From: the human T2T-CHM13v2.0 reference genome, Homo sapiens | Length of the DNA stretch: 64,000 nucleotides | Reading direction: 5' to 3' (one strand) | NCBI RefSeq assembly: GCF_009914755.1 | Contig: NC_060925.1 | Shown: positions 33,415-47,975 of the stretch, one piece after another | How the letters are laid out: each line of letters opens with the position of its first letter | Numbering within the stretch: position 1 is the stretch's first letter | Translations under genes and position numbers: made by a program | Notes under the pieces: model-generated | Told to the model about the DNA's origin: nothing | The model's input: only the letters and a program-made list of their open reading frames with translations | Database searches by the model: none

Positions 33415-33613
33415 CTTAAATTTTCAACATTTTTTTATTTTGATAGGTTTAGGAGGTACAAGTGTTGTTGTGCTACATGGATATATTGTGTGATGGTGAA
33501 GCGGCTTTTAGTGTACCCATCACCCCAATAGTGTGCATTGTACCCAATACATAGTATTTCATTCCTCACTCTTCTCTCACCCTCCTACCTTTCGGAGTTT
33601 CCAAAGTCTATTA
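33415..33613 (-). mobile_element. Short L1PB/L1PA16-type 3'-end insertion
   Basis: L1 3'UTR 'gtgtacccatcaccccaatagtgtgcattgtaccc'; 13-bp TSD taagaatagcctt at 33402-33414 and 33614-33626. Confidence 0.85.
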
Positions 33614-36588
33614 TAAGAATAGCCTTGTAAACAAAGATTGTCAAGTAGATCCACAAGTATTTATTGAGAGTATCTATATTTTATCTCATTTACATTACAT
33701 AACTCCTGCCTTGAAACATTTTATATGTTGAAAATAAATATGGATATGCACTTAATCTCTATTATCATGTATCTTTCAAGTAACTAAACAACAATTAAAT
33801 GGAAATAATGTGAAAAAATCAACAAACAAAAATGTTAGAAACAATAATAGAGAAATCAGGAATATTAAATTGGCTTCTTAGATATCTCTGGAACCTCATT
33901 GCCCATATATTTAAAAACATGTAATTTCCTCTCCACACACTATATATACTAGTAACATTCCATAAGTGGCTAGATTTCAGTGGACTCTGGTAATGGTTAA
34001 AGAAAAACAATAACAAAGGCCATTTCTGAAACTAGAGAATCATGTATCCATGTAAACGTTTTGCCACAATTGTAGTTTATAAAAAAAATTATATATACAT
34101 TTTGCAAAATGAAATGTATAGAAGAAAAATTACTATCATTGTGTTCATAGTTTAGATAGGAGTAAGATAGTGAAGTCATAAATAACAATGATCAAGAAGA
34201 GGGTGCGAAGAGCAAGAAATAAGCTGTATGTTTAAAATGAAAGTAAGGGAAACGGAAACAAAAGGTAGATAGAGATGATACTGAAAATAGAGTGTAATAA
34301 GAAAACTAGAATCACAAACTCACAGACAATTTTACACACTGCACTTCTGTTAGAAGTTATAGGCAGGGGATCAGAAAACCAAAATACAACCTGATAGAAA
34401 CAGAAATAACTGACATAATGCTAAAAATAAATTATATTATATACTTTAATTTTATATGACCACTAATAACTGGAGGTACATCTGAGATTTTTCCATTTTG
34501 GATTTTTTAACATCAATAATCTGCAATACACCCAAACACTCTATCTTCCTCCCCTTCCTCCAACTTGAAATGGCATATTTTGAGTTGGCAGGAGACAGAA
34601 TTGAACCTACTATCATATGAATTTTTAATATCAAAATATTAACTTTTCACTCTGGCAATTTATTGTATTTATTCTCTCTGTGTTTAGAAAGCTATCAAGG
34701 GCCAGTAAGGAAAAAAAAGAGCAGTAAGTAAAATTAGAAGTAAGACATTTTTGATTTTTAAAATTTTTCTGGGACTCCATAATTGTGCCAGTTACACGTA
34801 TCTAAGTGTAGATGTTTAGTTATAAAATCCTTGTTAAAAATCAAGGATACAGTGAAATAACACGTATGCATGCATGTACTGTGCTTTGGTAACTTGGTAA
34901 ATAACATGCCATGAGTATAGAAAGGGTGAATCCAAAACTTGACTGCTATTTCAACAATCAAAGTAAGGGGAAGAAAGATAGCATTAGAGAACTGAGGACT
35001 AACATTTCCTAAATAACAAAAACAATAATAACATCGGCATCAAAACAAAACCCGAGCAGTGAGAAAAAGTATAGCTATTATTTGTTTATTTGCTTTCTTG
35101 GAATAGTATATATTTTTTAAACAGATGGAATAAAGCTATGTTTTCAAGGCCACAAAATAGAGATTAATATAACCAAAGTAGCAAGCTAGAATGAAGTAGG
35201 TTAGAACCCTATTAAAAATCAGGAGGATGTTTTTAGGAGAAGGCTAGACTTTGTCAGATAGGAGGAAACGATATACAGAATCATTTAAAGAGAGATGAAA
35301 TATATGCTCTAAAGACCAAAAAGATTGTTTGGAATATAGGAAAAGATAGAAATGGAAAGAACATAAATGATAAGAAGCTACTTTGTCTGAAGCAGCATGA
35401 AACATAGATTTAGAAGTATGTATGCAGATAACAAAAGTCTATAAAACAGCTAAGACATTAATCATGGAAGATTATAATTGCACCAGTGCCTACAAGGCTG
35501 ACAATAAGACGATGTCTATAGAAGGTGGCACACTTGGAGAAAACCAAATGTATAATATATACAAAATATTTATAAGGAAAACATTTGTATATGAACCTTG
35601 GAGTTAGATTTTGGAAACAGCCTTGTAGAAATGATAAATGTGGTTGGTATATAAAGAATCAATAGGAAAATGAAAAAAAAGATATAGTAATACACAGTGA
35701 TTAAATACCAAGACAGTTTTATGTAGTTCAACATAAGAGATTTCAACATGCAATAGATTTAGTGAACACCAACTGTGGCTAAGGCACAGAATTTTAGAGA
35801 CAAATACAAAGATGGATAATACATACTTTCCAACCTAAAGATCCACAGTTTGAATTTATGGAATATTTACTGGGTGTTTAGTTAGTTCGCCAAGTCTTTA
35901 ATTTACAGTATAACTAACTAGGTTGAAAATAATACACTCTTTTTTAGTCGAGTATTTTGGCTCAAGTAACAGGACCTCACAAAGCTTAGTTATATTTTTA
36001 AAAAATGCATCACTTTTATGTGGGAAAGTTGGAACACACAGGCAAAAAGCAACAAGGCCACACAAGAAACTGAATTTTCATCTGAAAAGCCAAAACAAAA
36101 ACAAAACAAACAAAACCAAGCAAACTCTCTCTCAACTTGGTTGTTTCTAAGTCAAATAGTTACTTTAACTCAGGGTTTTTTCATGCAGTTTTTCAAAGAA
36201 GCATATTAACACTGTTTAGTGTCTGGTCTTTGCTTGGCTGGATTTGAATCCTTGCACCACACACATTGACTGATAGTCTTGGGGCAAATGCCTTAATCTT
36301 TATGGGTCTCATGTTCTTCAACTTTAAAATGGAGCCAATAACACCTATTGCACAGATTCTCTCCACCACACAGATAAAAAGAGAAAATGTATGCAAATAA
36401 TTTAAATAATATCTAGCACATTGTAAGGACTTAATAACTGTTCGCTTTCATCTTAGTCTTCACTCCAGAGGTGGCTGCCTTTTAGCACTAGAGTTTTTAC
36501 TTAATATAACCTACAATTTTATAGCAACATGACAAGATGACAATGTAGTCATTATATTGCACATCTAAATTTGCATAAAAAGGAGACC

Positions 36589-36738
36589 TGCTGGGCGCGG
36601 TGGCTCACACCTGTAATCTCAGCTCTTTGGGAGGTCGAGGTGGGCCAAGCACAAGGTCAAGAGATCGAGACTATCCTGGCCAACATGGTGAAACCCCACT
36701 GCACCCCAGCCTGAAGACAGAGTGAGACTTCATCTCAA
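36589..36738 (+). mobile_element. AluSc-like element with internal deletion
   Basis: Left arm up to 'gtgaaacccc' joined directly to right-arm 'actgcaccccagcctg'; A-tail; TSD of roughly aaa(g)gagacc. Confidence 0.85.
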
Positions 36739-36868
36739 AAAAGAAAAAAAAAAAAAAAGAGACCAATAATCACAAAATAAATACAAATTTTTGTTAAAAA
36801 ATCTATTATTTGATAAGAATACAAATCCAGATGGTTTTATAGCTGAGTTTAATCTATCCTGTAGATAA

Positions 36869-37173
<305 letters not shown>

Positions 37174-38960
37174 TCAGAATCTTATATCTTATTGCAGATA
37201 GCCAAGATCATAGAAAAAAGATGATAACCATTCTAGTTCATTTTATAAATTTAACATCATTTTAATAGCAAAACTTGATAAAAATAATGTAAACACGTTC
37301 ATGCGCATGCACACACAAACATGTTCTCATGTAAAATACTACAGTCAACCTGACTTGTGTATACAATTGCAGAACTCTGAAAGAAAGTGTTACAAAAATT
37401 TTGAATTTTATTAAAAGCATAATAAACCATGATAAAGATGATGGTTTAGTAATATGTCAACATGGCTAAACTAAACTACATTCCCCAGAGTTCCTTTTCT
37501 TATTGTTTATGGTCAGGGTGAGCCACAAATGAGATTCCTGCAAGACTTGTAAGTTGGAAAGGAAGCAGCACTCACTGTGTAGCATGCATGTTGTGTGACA
37601 CCCTGACCTTTCTTGTTGGAGGGAATGGCAGCTGGACAGGCCATTTCTCTACCTTCCTATGGTTCCTTTTTAGCTTCTTTGACTCCTGGCCAGGTGTATA
37701 TTTTTCATCTTTGTAATAAAGGGCTCAATTTATTCATGGTAACCTTATTGCCAAGGTGGAAGGCAATAGGAGTTAACACAAGCTTTAGTCTATTCTCATG
37801 GATTTCCACCTCATGCGTGTGTGTTCCAGCCTGCTTGTGATATTCCCTTTCTGACTGCCTTCCCTATGAACTTCAAGCTTCGGCATCAGAGGCAGAGGGA
37901 ACAGCCTTACAGACCCTTAAATCAGCTGTCACAAGTATGTAAGCTAATTGCCTTTAACAAATCCCTAAATACATAAAATATGAAATGTTTTATAAAATGT
38001 ATATGTGCACACACAGGTGTGAGTGTGTATGTTTGTGTTGGTTCTGTAAGTTCTAGAATTGACTCTTTAATCTGATTTGATTTAAAAGCAAATGATTCTG
38101 TTTCTAGTGGTAGAGGAGAAACTGGTAAATCATAGCATGATATGGCAAACGACGTATTCAAATGATCACCTTTAGATAACTAAAGCACCTATAGAAGGCA
38201 AAACTTTGGGGGACAAAATATTTTCCACCTTAGAACATTTGAATTAAAATGAACACATAATGGAATTACTTGAGTGTTTCTAACTGTGCTAAAGAACTTA
38301 GGAAAATGAATTTATAAGCTTAGGATCTTAAGTTAGCAGCTCAAGATCTGCATGAAAGACATGAAAACTTCTATGATTGCTCTGAAAATAATTCCTATTT
38401 CCTGTAACTACAAGGTCAAGATTTCTGAAAACTAAACCCAAGGTCACGTTTTGCAAGTGACTTAATTACAATGCAAATTAGAACTTCAAACATGCAAAGT
38501 CACCTTTTCAAAGTTAGGCATTGACTGAGGAAGAATGGGATACTGAAAATCAGAATAGAGACACATGGGTAGACTCCAGTGAAAATAACCTCTAAAAATT
38601 CTAAATCTGGAAGTCTTTAGACCTCCAAATTCTGCTGAGGCTTTTGGCCAGTAGAAGCAGCTTCCACCCTGCCTGAGTTTCAAAATTCCTATTCACCATT
38701 GACTGAATTTTGTCTTTGAAAAGTCCCTCTTCAAAGAGGGAAAAGGTTTCAAAAAGGGAAAAGGTTAGCCCCCTTTGACCTAAAAAACCTGTAATGGCCT
38801 CCCTGAGTTGCAAGTCCTGCTGATTCTCCTCAGGACCTACCTTCAAAATCTCTCTTTACTTCTAGACCTATCATTCAACTCAAGTACCAGCCGGCTCCAG
38901 GGGGTAAGGTACAAAGTATTGTGACCCATGAGAAGGATACTAAAAATTGGAATGGGGACA

Positions 38961-39185
38961 TGTCTTAGTCAGTTTTACTTGCTACTACAAAATACCATAA
39001 ACTGAGTGTCTTATAAACAAGAGAAATCTGTGTCTCACAGCTCTCAAACTGGGAAGTCCAAGATCAAGACACTACCAGATTCACCGTCTGGTAAGAGTTC
39101 ATTTCCTGGTTCAAAGATAGCTCCTCTTCCCTGTATATTTATATGGTGGGAGGTAGAATTTCAACCTATGAACTTTTTGAGGGGA
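38961..39185. mobile_element. MLT1A/B-type MaLR LTR fragment nested in ERV-L; a second at ~43013-43350
   Basis: 'tgtcttagtc...aaaataccata...ctcacag...aagtccaagatcaag' matches the MLT1 pattern. Confidence 0.7.
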
Positions 39186-40539
39186 GGCATAAGGAAAGAT
39201 GCCATTGAAATTGGGAAATTGAACCTTTAAATTCTGTTCAGATTTTAATGCAGGTACAAATGGCCCTATTTTTATCTCAGGAAATTAACTCTACTTAGCT
39301 TGATGAATTTGTAATGATCTCCCCCAATGTAGCCTTGAAAGCTACTTTTTATTTTTCTTAGTACCCACCCCTGCCATCCTCCTTTTATTCTAGATCTAAA
39401 ATTAGACTGGAGTACCAGCAAACCCCAAGGGTAAGGTAAACAGTGTGACCCCACAAGGTGATGCAATACACACGAGAATGGCATGATTTTCCTCATTTAA
39501 ATATACAGAAACCTAGAGCATATGTGTGGGCATGGAACTTAAGGGTGAGGAATCAAGGTAAAAGGGATATAACATTGGATCAGACCTAATTTATTGATAT
39601 GGCCTCACTAAGCTGCAATTCTGTATTTAATGTTTTAGCTCAAATGACTAGGAAGGGCTCTAAAAGTTGCCTTAGTTGGCAGACTGAAACATGGACTAAA
39701 ACATGGCCTACACTAAGCGAAGTTGAAATGCTAGAAAGTCATTGGTATACTATAAAGGAACATATCCACACACACGTACTTTTAACACATAATACAAACT
39801 TTTTATCAAAACTATAAGAAATAAATTTCTGAGGGGAACCTCACCATCCTTGAAGATCTCTGTTGCAACCCTTCCTTGTAGGTCAAAGATTCCAGTGGTA
39901 AGTTTTACCATTGAACTGGGATCCCTAAATGAAACAGAGATGACAGAATGCTAGGGTAGTGGGACCAAGTGGCAGAAATTATTCACCAAAGACAAGATGA
40001 TCATGGTTACTGTAATGGATAGTGGAAGCAAACGATAATCGGAATAGTCATACTCACACAGAACTTTGACATTGGCTATTTTAAAATGGAGTCCCTGGAA
40101 ATTTAGCAGATAAAAAATCTAGTATATTCTTCATGTGGCTGATCCATATGGCTTGAGCTCGCATTATGAGTGCCTGATTCCAAAAGGAAGAAAAGCTTAG
40201 AATCAGAAATCCCAGTATTTGATTTCTGTGACATTCTATTGTCCAAAGCAGTCAGAGTCAGCCTATATTTAGAAGTGAAAATAAACTCTATTCTTAGATG
40301 TGGATATTGGTACAGGGAGGGAAGGAATCCGTTGTAAGAAACTATCACAGTCCACCCTCTTGCCACAACAATCCATATCCTTCTTAAAGATAAAATACAT
40401 ACTCAAGTCCTCCTTCAAAATATGTAATTCATTAGAGCATTAGCTTATAATACAGGATCTCATCATTAGGTATTGATGATGCTCCTAAGACATACTTCTG
40501 AAGAAACATCTCAGGTACATTTCCTCATTTTCTTTTTCT

Positions 40540-40716
40540 TGAGTAGTTGGGGCCACAGCCGAACGCCACCACTTCTGGCTAATTTTTGTATTTTCTTTGT
40601 AGAGATGGGGTTTCCCCATGTTGCTCAGGCTGGTCTCAAACACTAAGCTCAAGTGATCTGCCTGTCTTGGCCTCCCAAAGCGCTGGGATTACAGGCGTGA
40701 GTCACTGCACCTGGCC
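40540..40716 (-). mobile_element. AluJ/FLAM-like partial element
   Basis: 'gctcaagtgatctgcctgtcttggcctcccaaagcgctgggattacaggcgtgag'. Confidence 0.8.
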
Positions 40717-43700
40717 TCTTCCTTTTCAAAGTCAAGTTATCTTCCCTCCACACATCCAACATCCGGTGATGAGAAATGGACAACATAATCACAACAGACC
40801 TCTCAGTTTATAAGAGGGAAAATGAAAGACACAAAAACAGAGAGTCAGGCCCCTCAGCAAATTCCCAGGCTTGATCCAGTTTAGAGACCCCAGAGCCCTT
40901 TGAATACAACGGATGCCTTTTGAATAAAAAGTTCTTCTTGAGGAAGGACAGTACTTTGCTAACAAAAAATGACACTGTTACTCTTTCTCTCAGGCTCCCC
41001 AAAGGGCCTATGGCTATTTACCAGAATGACTTATACATTGGAAAAAAGAATAATCAAACTTTTTCAGATTACTGGACAATGGCTCTGAATTGCCAGTACT
41101 TCCAGGAACCCCAAAATGCCATTGTGGTCTACCATAAGGGCTTATGGAAGCCAGGAGATCAATGGAGTTTTAGCTCAGTCTTATCTCACAATGGGCCAAG
41201 TGGGTCCCCAATCTCATTTTGTGGTATTTCCCCAGTTCTAGAATACATATTTGGAATAGATACATGCAGCAATTGGAAGAATGTTGGTTACTTGATCTAG
41301 AAAGATGAGAAAGGCACAGTGAAAACCACTAAAACTGCCTCTACCTAGGAAAATAGTAAACAAAAGTCAACACTACATTCCTGGAAGAACTGCAGAAATT
41401 ATTGATACCATCAAAGATTTAAAGTGTACCTGAGTGGTGATTCAAACACATTTCCATTCCACACACTTATTTGGTCTGTGCTGAAAACAGATCCTGGGAA
41501 TGCCTGTAGATTATTGTATGCTTAGTCAAATGGTGACTCCAATTGTAGCTGCTGTACCAGATGTGGTTACCTGGCTCAAGTAAATTAACTCATCTCTTAG
41601 TACATCATATGCAGCTATTGATCTGAAAAATGCTTTTTCTTTCCTATCTGTTAATAAAAGCAACAGAAACAGTTTGCACTGGCTGGCAAGGCCAGCTGTA
41701 TACCTTAGCAGTCCTACCTCATAGGTATCTCAACTCTATTGCCGTAGGACATAGTCTAGTTCCTAGGAATCTTGATAACCTTTCCCTTCCACAAGTCATC
41801 ACACTGGTTCATTGCATTGATGATATACTGATTGGACCTACTAAGAAAAAAGTGGCAACTACTCTAGGTTTATTGATAAAACATTTGAATGTCAGAGGGT
41901 GGGAAATTCAACAGAAGTTCAGGGGCATTTATGCCTGAGTGAAGTTGGGTGTACAAAGCAGCACTCCTTCATCAAATGGAAGTGGTGTATATGATGTTGA
42001 GCTGGAGCTGGCCCTGGAAGCACAAGTAAGTTACATGAAAAAGTGGCCCAAATGCCATGGTCTCCACTTCTACTATACTGTCTTCTCTTTCCCAGCCTGG
42101 ACCTGTATTTGTTTCTAATTTTGACTGCATTTTCCATAATGCACAAACTGTAGGATAATAATGGAGGCAACAGGCATCTGCTTCTTACTTATATCTTGTA
42201 TAGAATAACATTAGTATTTCACCATTTATTATGACATCTATATTTTGTCATGGTCGATATTATTTAGCAACGGTTGTGTCCACTATACGATGCTGTTTCT
42301 TCCGTAGTCAGGAATCAAGGGGTAGAAATGGGAGAGTTATCACTCACTATGTATCCTGTTAACAATTAGTATAATTTTACTTCCTGTCCTTGCATCCTTT
42401 TCTCTGCTTTTCTAACGGTGTTAGCTCCAAAAGGATATATGATTCCACCAGGAGATACCAGAGCAGTTCTACTGAATTGGAAGTAAGACTGGCACCCATC
42501 TACTTTTAGTTCCTTATGCTTCTGAATCAACAGAAAAAAATGGGGAGTTACTTTCTTGGCTGGGGTAATTGATCCTGATTACCAATGGGAAATTTGAATG
42601 CTAGTACAAAATAGAGGTAAATAAGAGTATGTATAGAATGCAGGTGATCCTTTAGGTAGCCCCTTAGTACTACCATCCTCTGTGATTGAAGTCAATGTGA
42701 AACTTCAATAACCCACTTCAGACAAGAATACTAATGGTCCAAACCCTTCAGGAATGGAGATTTGGGTTAATCCAACAGACAAAGAACCATGACCAGCTAA
42801 GGTGCTTGCTGAGGGCAAAGGGAATATGAAATGGATAGTGGAAGAAAGTAGTTAAAGATATCAGTTACAACCACGTGACCAGCTGAAGAAATGAGGAATG
42901 TAATTGTTATATGTCTTTCTTATCTTGTCATGAATATATTTGTGTAGGCACACAAAGATAGATAAATAGATACAAAGAGAGAACATTATGTTTTCTCCCT
43001 TCTCTTTTCCTCGTGCTGGTCCATTTGAACTTCTATAACAAAGATACCATACACTGATTGGCTTAAAAACAACAGAAATTTATTTCTCACAGTTCTGGAG
43101 ACTGAGAAGTTCAAGATCAAGGCACCAGTAGATTCACTGTCTAATAAAGGCCCAGTTTCTGAGTCATAGTGTCCTTACTTGGCATAATGAGTCAAGAGAG
43201 CTCTGTGAGACTTTTATAAGGGCACTAAAATGATCCATGAGGGCTCTACCCTCATAAGCTATCAACTCCAGAAGAACCTCCCTGCAATACGATCACACTG
43301 GGGATTAAATTTCAACATATGAATTTTGGGAAGACACAAGCATTCTAGCTATTGAATCTCCTTATTACATAACATAAGATATATTGACTTCACACCATAT
43401 TATTTAAGCATCATTAACTTACATCATAATATTTGTGTTACTGGATACCAGGAAGAGTGAGCATCAGTTAAGGATGTTGCATTTTCTTCTGCATAAAGGG
43501 TTAGTATGTTTGGTTGTATTCAGGATAGTTGTATCATGTTAGGCAGAGGGAAGAGTTTGTCATTTTCTTTATTTAGAGATTTATGCATGGTTTAAGGAGA
43601 TGTGGAGTCTCTCAAATTTACAAGGAATCAATGTAATGGTTAATTTTACGTGTCAACTTGTTCACTTGTTCTGCTATGCTAGGTTAGGTTAGTTGTTTGG

Positions 43701-44119
43701 TCAAATAGCGTCTAGATGTTGCTGTGAATATATATTTTAGGATGTGATTAATCTTTAAATCAGTAGACTTTGAGGAAAGCATATTATTCATACCCTCCAT
43801 AATATGAATGGGCCTCATATAATCAGGTAAGGGAATTAAGAGCAAAGATATAGGCTTACCAAAATAGAAACAATTCTACTTCAAGATTGCAACATAGAAA
43901 CTCTACCTAAGATTATGGTCAGCTGGCCTGCCCAGTAGAATTTGAACAGAAATATCACTTCTATTTTTACCTGAATGTCTAGATTGCTGGCCCATCCTAC
44001 AGATTTCAAATTTGTCAGCTCCCACAACTGCATAAGCCAATTCCTTAAAATAAAAATTATTTTATATTTCTATCATCTCAGTGTGTCTGTCTCTGCCTCT
44101 CTCTCTTTCTCAAATGCTA

Positions 44120-44300
44120 TATTTATATATGTGTATATATATATGTATATATACACTATATCATATAATAGACTATATATTAATACTATATACAATATAT
44201 TATATACACATATATGTGAATATATGTAAGTATGTATAAAACACTATATATACACTATATATTATTTAACATAATATATATAAATATTATATACAATATG
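44120..44300. repeat. TA-rich low-complexity tract
   Basis: Direct reading. Confidence 0.85.
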
Positions 44301-45016
44301 TAACACTTAACTGCTCTCATTTGTTTATATCCTTCTTTGTTTTATTAGATTTTAAACCCCATGGTTTTATGGTCTTTTATTCATAAATGAGCTCTCTTTT
44401 ATTTATCCTGGTTTTCTCATCACTTAGCACAATCCCTACAGTGGACTAGTTGTTTTCAAGAATGTCACTGGTGAACTTTAGAAGGATAGATTGAATGAAT
44501 TACACATACTTTTAATCAATTTAAAATTATTCATGTTTAAAGAACTCCTCCATTGGATATAAGCATACACTTTGAGGGAAAAATGTAGAAATCTGCAACA
44601 TGCAGGGTATTGAACTTATTACCATGTTAAAATATCAATTTCCACAACCATCTGTGCTGAAAACATGGCTGATATTTTTCATTATGAAGTTATAGCTTTA
44701 GTCAATAACCACATGCATCTAACAAACTAAAGTTCTAATGGATAATCCAACTATCTTAATTATCTGTCTCAGATGTGCACATTAGAACATCTCACCTGAG
44801 AGTAGGCATGTAGGCATAAGACTTCAGTTTTTAAAGCATTGAATTGTGCATGTAAAAGTCACAGTTGAGCACTATAGGTTGAAATGTTGAAAAATATATT
44901 CACAGCACAAAAATGTTTTTCCTTGAGATTCACAAAAAGTGAAAAACAATTAGAGAATAATCATACACACAGGTAAACTTACACAGTTTTGAAAAATATA
45001 TTTTAATTTTCCTTTA

Positions 45017-45185
45017 TTTCATTTATTTATTTATTTAGAGACAGCTTTCACTCTGTCACCCAGGCTGGGGTACAGCAGCATGATCATAGCTCAATGCAGC
45101 CTCAAATTCCTGGACTCAAGCTATCTTCCTGCCTCAGCTTCCTGAGTCACTGGTACTACACCTCTGTATCACCATGCCATGCTAA
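45017..45185 (-). mobile_element. Old Alu monomer (AluJ/FRAM-like)
   Basis: (ATTT)n tail followed by 'gagacag...caggctggggtacagcagcatgatcatagctca'. Confidence 0.75.
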
Positions 45186-45217
45186 TAGATCTTACTTTAT
45201 TTTTTAAATGTATTTGA

Positions 45218-45276
45218 TTGCAGGAGAGTATAAAGACTTGCAGGAGTGTATAAAGGCTTGCAGGAGAGTATAAAGA
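45218..45276. repeat. 20-bp minisatellite, 3 copies (ttgcaggagagtataaagac)
   Basis: Three adjacent near-identical units. Confidence 0.9.
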
Positions 45277-47053
45277 GGGTGTGCTTTTTTCAGAAGCAAT
45301 CAGAATAAAATATAATCATTAAGATAATTAGAAAATCAGTTTCAAATAAATTCACATTTTCCAGAAAAACCTCTCCTCTTGTACTTCAGGTGACTTTTGC
45401 AACTGGTAAAACAGGATGTGTCTGTAAACTCTTTTGACTCAGTGGAATGACAGCTCTGATTTCTAAACAAAGTATAATAAATGCTTTTTGATACCATTAA
45501 TGTAATTTACATATCTATGCTAAAATGTGTTCTTCCTAATTACATGAAAGATACGCAGAACTGGCAGAGTTTTTTTTTTTTTAATTAAAAATGTCATTCT
45601 CACTATTGCCTTTTCATTACATACTTTTGTGTATGTATGTACATGTTACGTTTTCTTCAGTTGAAATATCCTTAGTGACGTGATATCCTAGACCGCTAGG
45701 GACTCCACGATACCACCCTGATTTTCTAACTTTGATAGATATTTAAATATAACATCTCTATCTGGCCTGCTCCTTTGTCTATCCTCTTTTTCTACATTTG
45801 CTTACTTTCCATTGCTCTCTTCCAAGCATTCTGCTTCAGACTGGGGAGACGTCTGAACGTGGATATACGGGCACATCCCCATCCAATTTACCACCTTGAT
45901 CTGAATTAAGTAATGTGTGTTTGCAAGGACAACATGACAACAAAAAATATAACAAGAAAATAATAGGCTTAGCTACTTTGTTTTTTCCATTACTATATAT
46001 CTGATTATGTAATATACTTCACAGATGAGAAACTGGGAAAAGGTTCTTTGTAAGCAGTATTATGTAATCAGTAGGATGCAATTATAGGGAACAAGAAATT
46101 TTATTCTGTCATAATTTCCAGATGAAATCCTCCCTTTACATTTACTGTCTAAAAAATAAACGAGAGTATATACACTTTTTAATCCTCTATCAGTCCTTCA
46201 CAATATGGAATAAAGTAGTTCAGTAATACCCATAATTTCTTAAAGCTTCTTTTTAGCTAAGAGCATTATAGTTTCCATTTTTAACAATTTATAATTATGT
46301 AACATAAGGTACTTAATTTTCTTGCCTTTTAAGTAAATTTAAAAATTCTCAGAAAATTTTACTTACTAATTTTTGATTGACAACAGACACATCATACATG
46401 GAATAAACCCATGTAGATTCCTGAGCTGAGGGAAATATCGTTGTTACAGCTGGTGAAAGAGCATCCAGGCAGAATCATGATTACTGCAAATCCTTCAGAC
46501 AAAAATGTGCGGAGTGTTTGGAGAATACATGAGAACATTGCGACAGCATATGTAGTAAGAGAAGGTGTTAGAGAAGAAGTCCTGGGCAACATTAATGAGG
46601 CCTAGTAAGTCTTGGTATGAATTTGGAATCTTAAGTGTAATTTAAAGTCATGGGGTGAGGGTGAGAGAATTTTATGATCATATTAATTAAAGATTAATTA
46701 CAGACAAATTTCTTCAAAACCATTACATCAAAGTAAGATACAGAGAGAAAAAGATTTGTTGTTGTTTTTCAATGCACAGATTAGTTTCCAGTTTTGGAGA
46801 AAAATGAAGCTTGAAAATGCTCTTTGGTTTTTAGTAAAAAAGTGCATTCTTTGGTGGTCCTCATTTCCTAAACATTATCTCCATGTTTTCTTTCCACCAA
46901 TTCCATCCATTCTTAGTGCTTCAACATGAATCAATTACAAATGCAAACTGACTAAATAAATTCCCAACATATACTCACCACACACATCTGCTTCATTGGA
47001 GTCTGTAGAATAAAGATCACAATCCATGGCCAGCAAAACTGCTTAGGAATTGA

Positions 47054-47370
<317 letters not shown>

Positions 47371-47975
47371 GTCTCACTTTTTAATCATACTTTGCATCAC
47401 TTCCCACTTCCTACTCCATTCTTCAGCCACAGGTGGCTTTTTCTATTTGCAGTCCCTTGAACAAAGTGTTTTATCCTATCTCAAGTTGTTGCCACGTGCT
47501 TATATGTCATTTCTCCAGAAAACCAGGCTGCATGCTTCAGACTATATCAGTCCCATCCCACCTCTATTATATCCTCTCTACCTACTGGAAGGAAAGTTTC
47601 ATAAGAAGGCCAATTTACTTTTCCTTTGAATCTCTAGCACTTAGAACAGCACCTGGCACATGGTGAATGCTAAATAATCATTAGTTGAATTAATGAGTAA
47701 ATGATCTTCCTTCGAGGATATACAAGAGGTTTCAATCACAATTTTTTAGAGGGTTTTATGTTCAATAATTTTCAAAATAACAGTGACTTAGAAAATCAAA
47801 TGTTGTGAAAATGCATGTTATTTATGACTACTACCTGAGAGGAAAATTTCACCATTATCTTATTTCACCACTAATAGTTGATTTTAACTTTATCTTTTTT
47901 TCTATAAAAAGCCGTCAGATAATAGATGTATCTCATGTATAGACTGCATATAATTCTACCCTGTGTCTTTTCTCT

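Larger units (their letters stand above)
37438..44080 (+). mobile_element. Decayed ERV-L (MLT2-flanked) provirus with internal deletions and nested repeats
   Basis: MLT2-type LTRs at ~37438-37990 (tgatggtttagtaatatgtcaac) and ~43631-44080 (tgtaatggttaattttacgtgtcaacttg); RT remnant YAAIDLKNAF...LPHRYLNS...LVHCIDDILIG (~41600-41900); post-pol dUTPase motif GVIDPDYQWEI (42562-42594); no env. Confidence 0.8.

Noticed and set aside
45218-45276. CRISPR-like array
   Set aside because: Head-to-tail 20-mers without spacers in primate DNA; an ordinary minisatellite.
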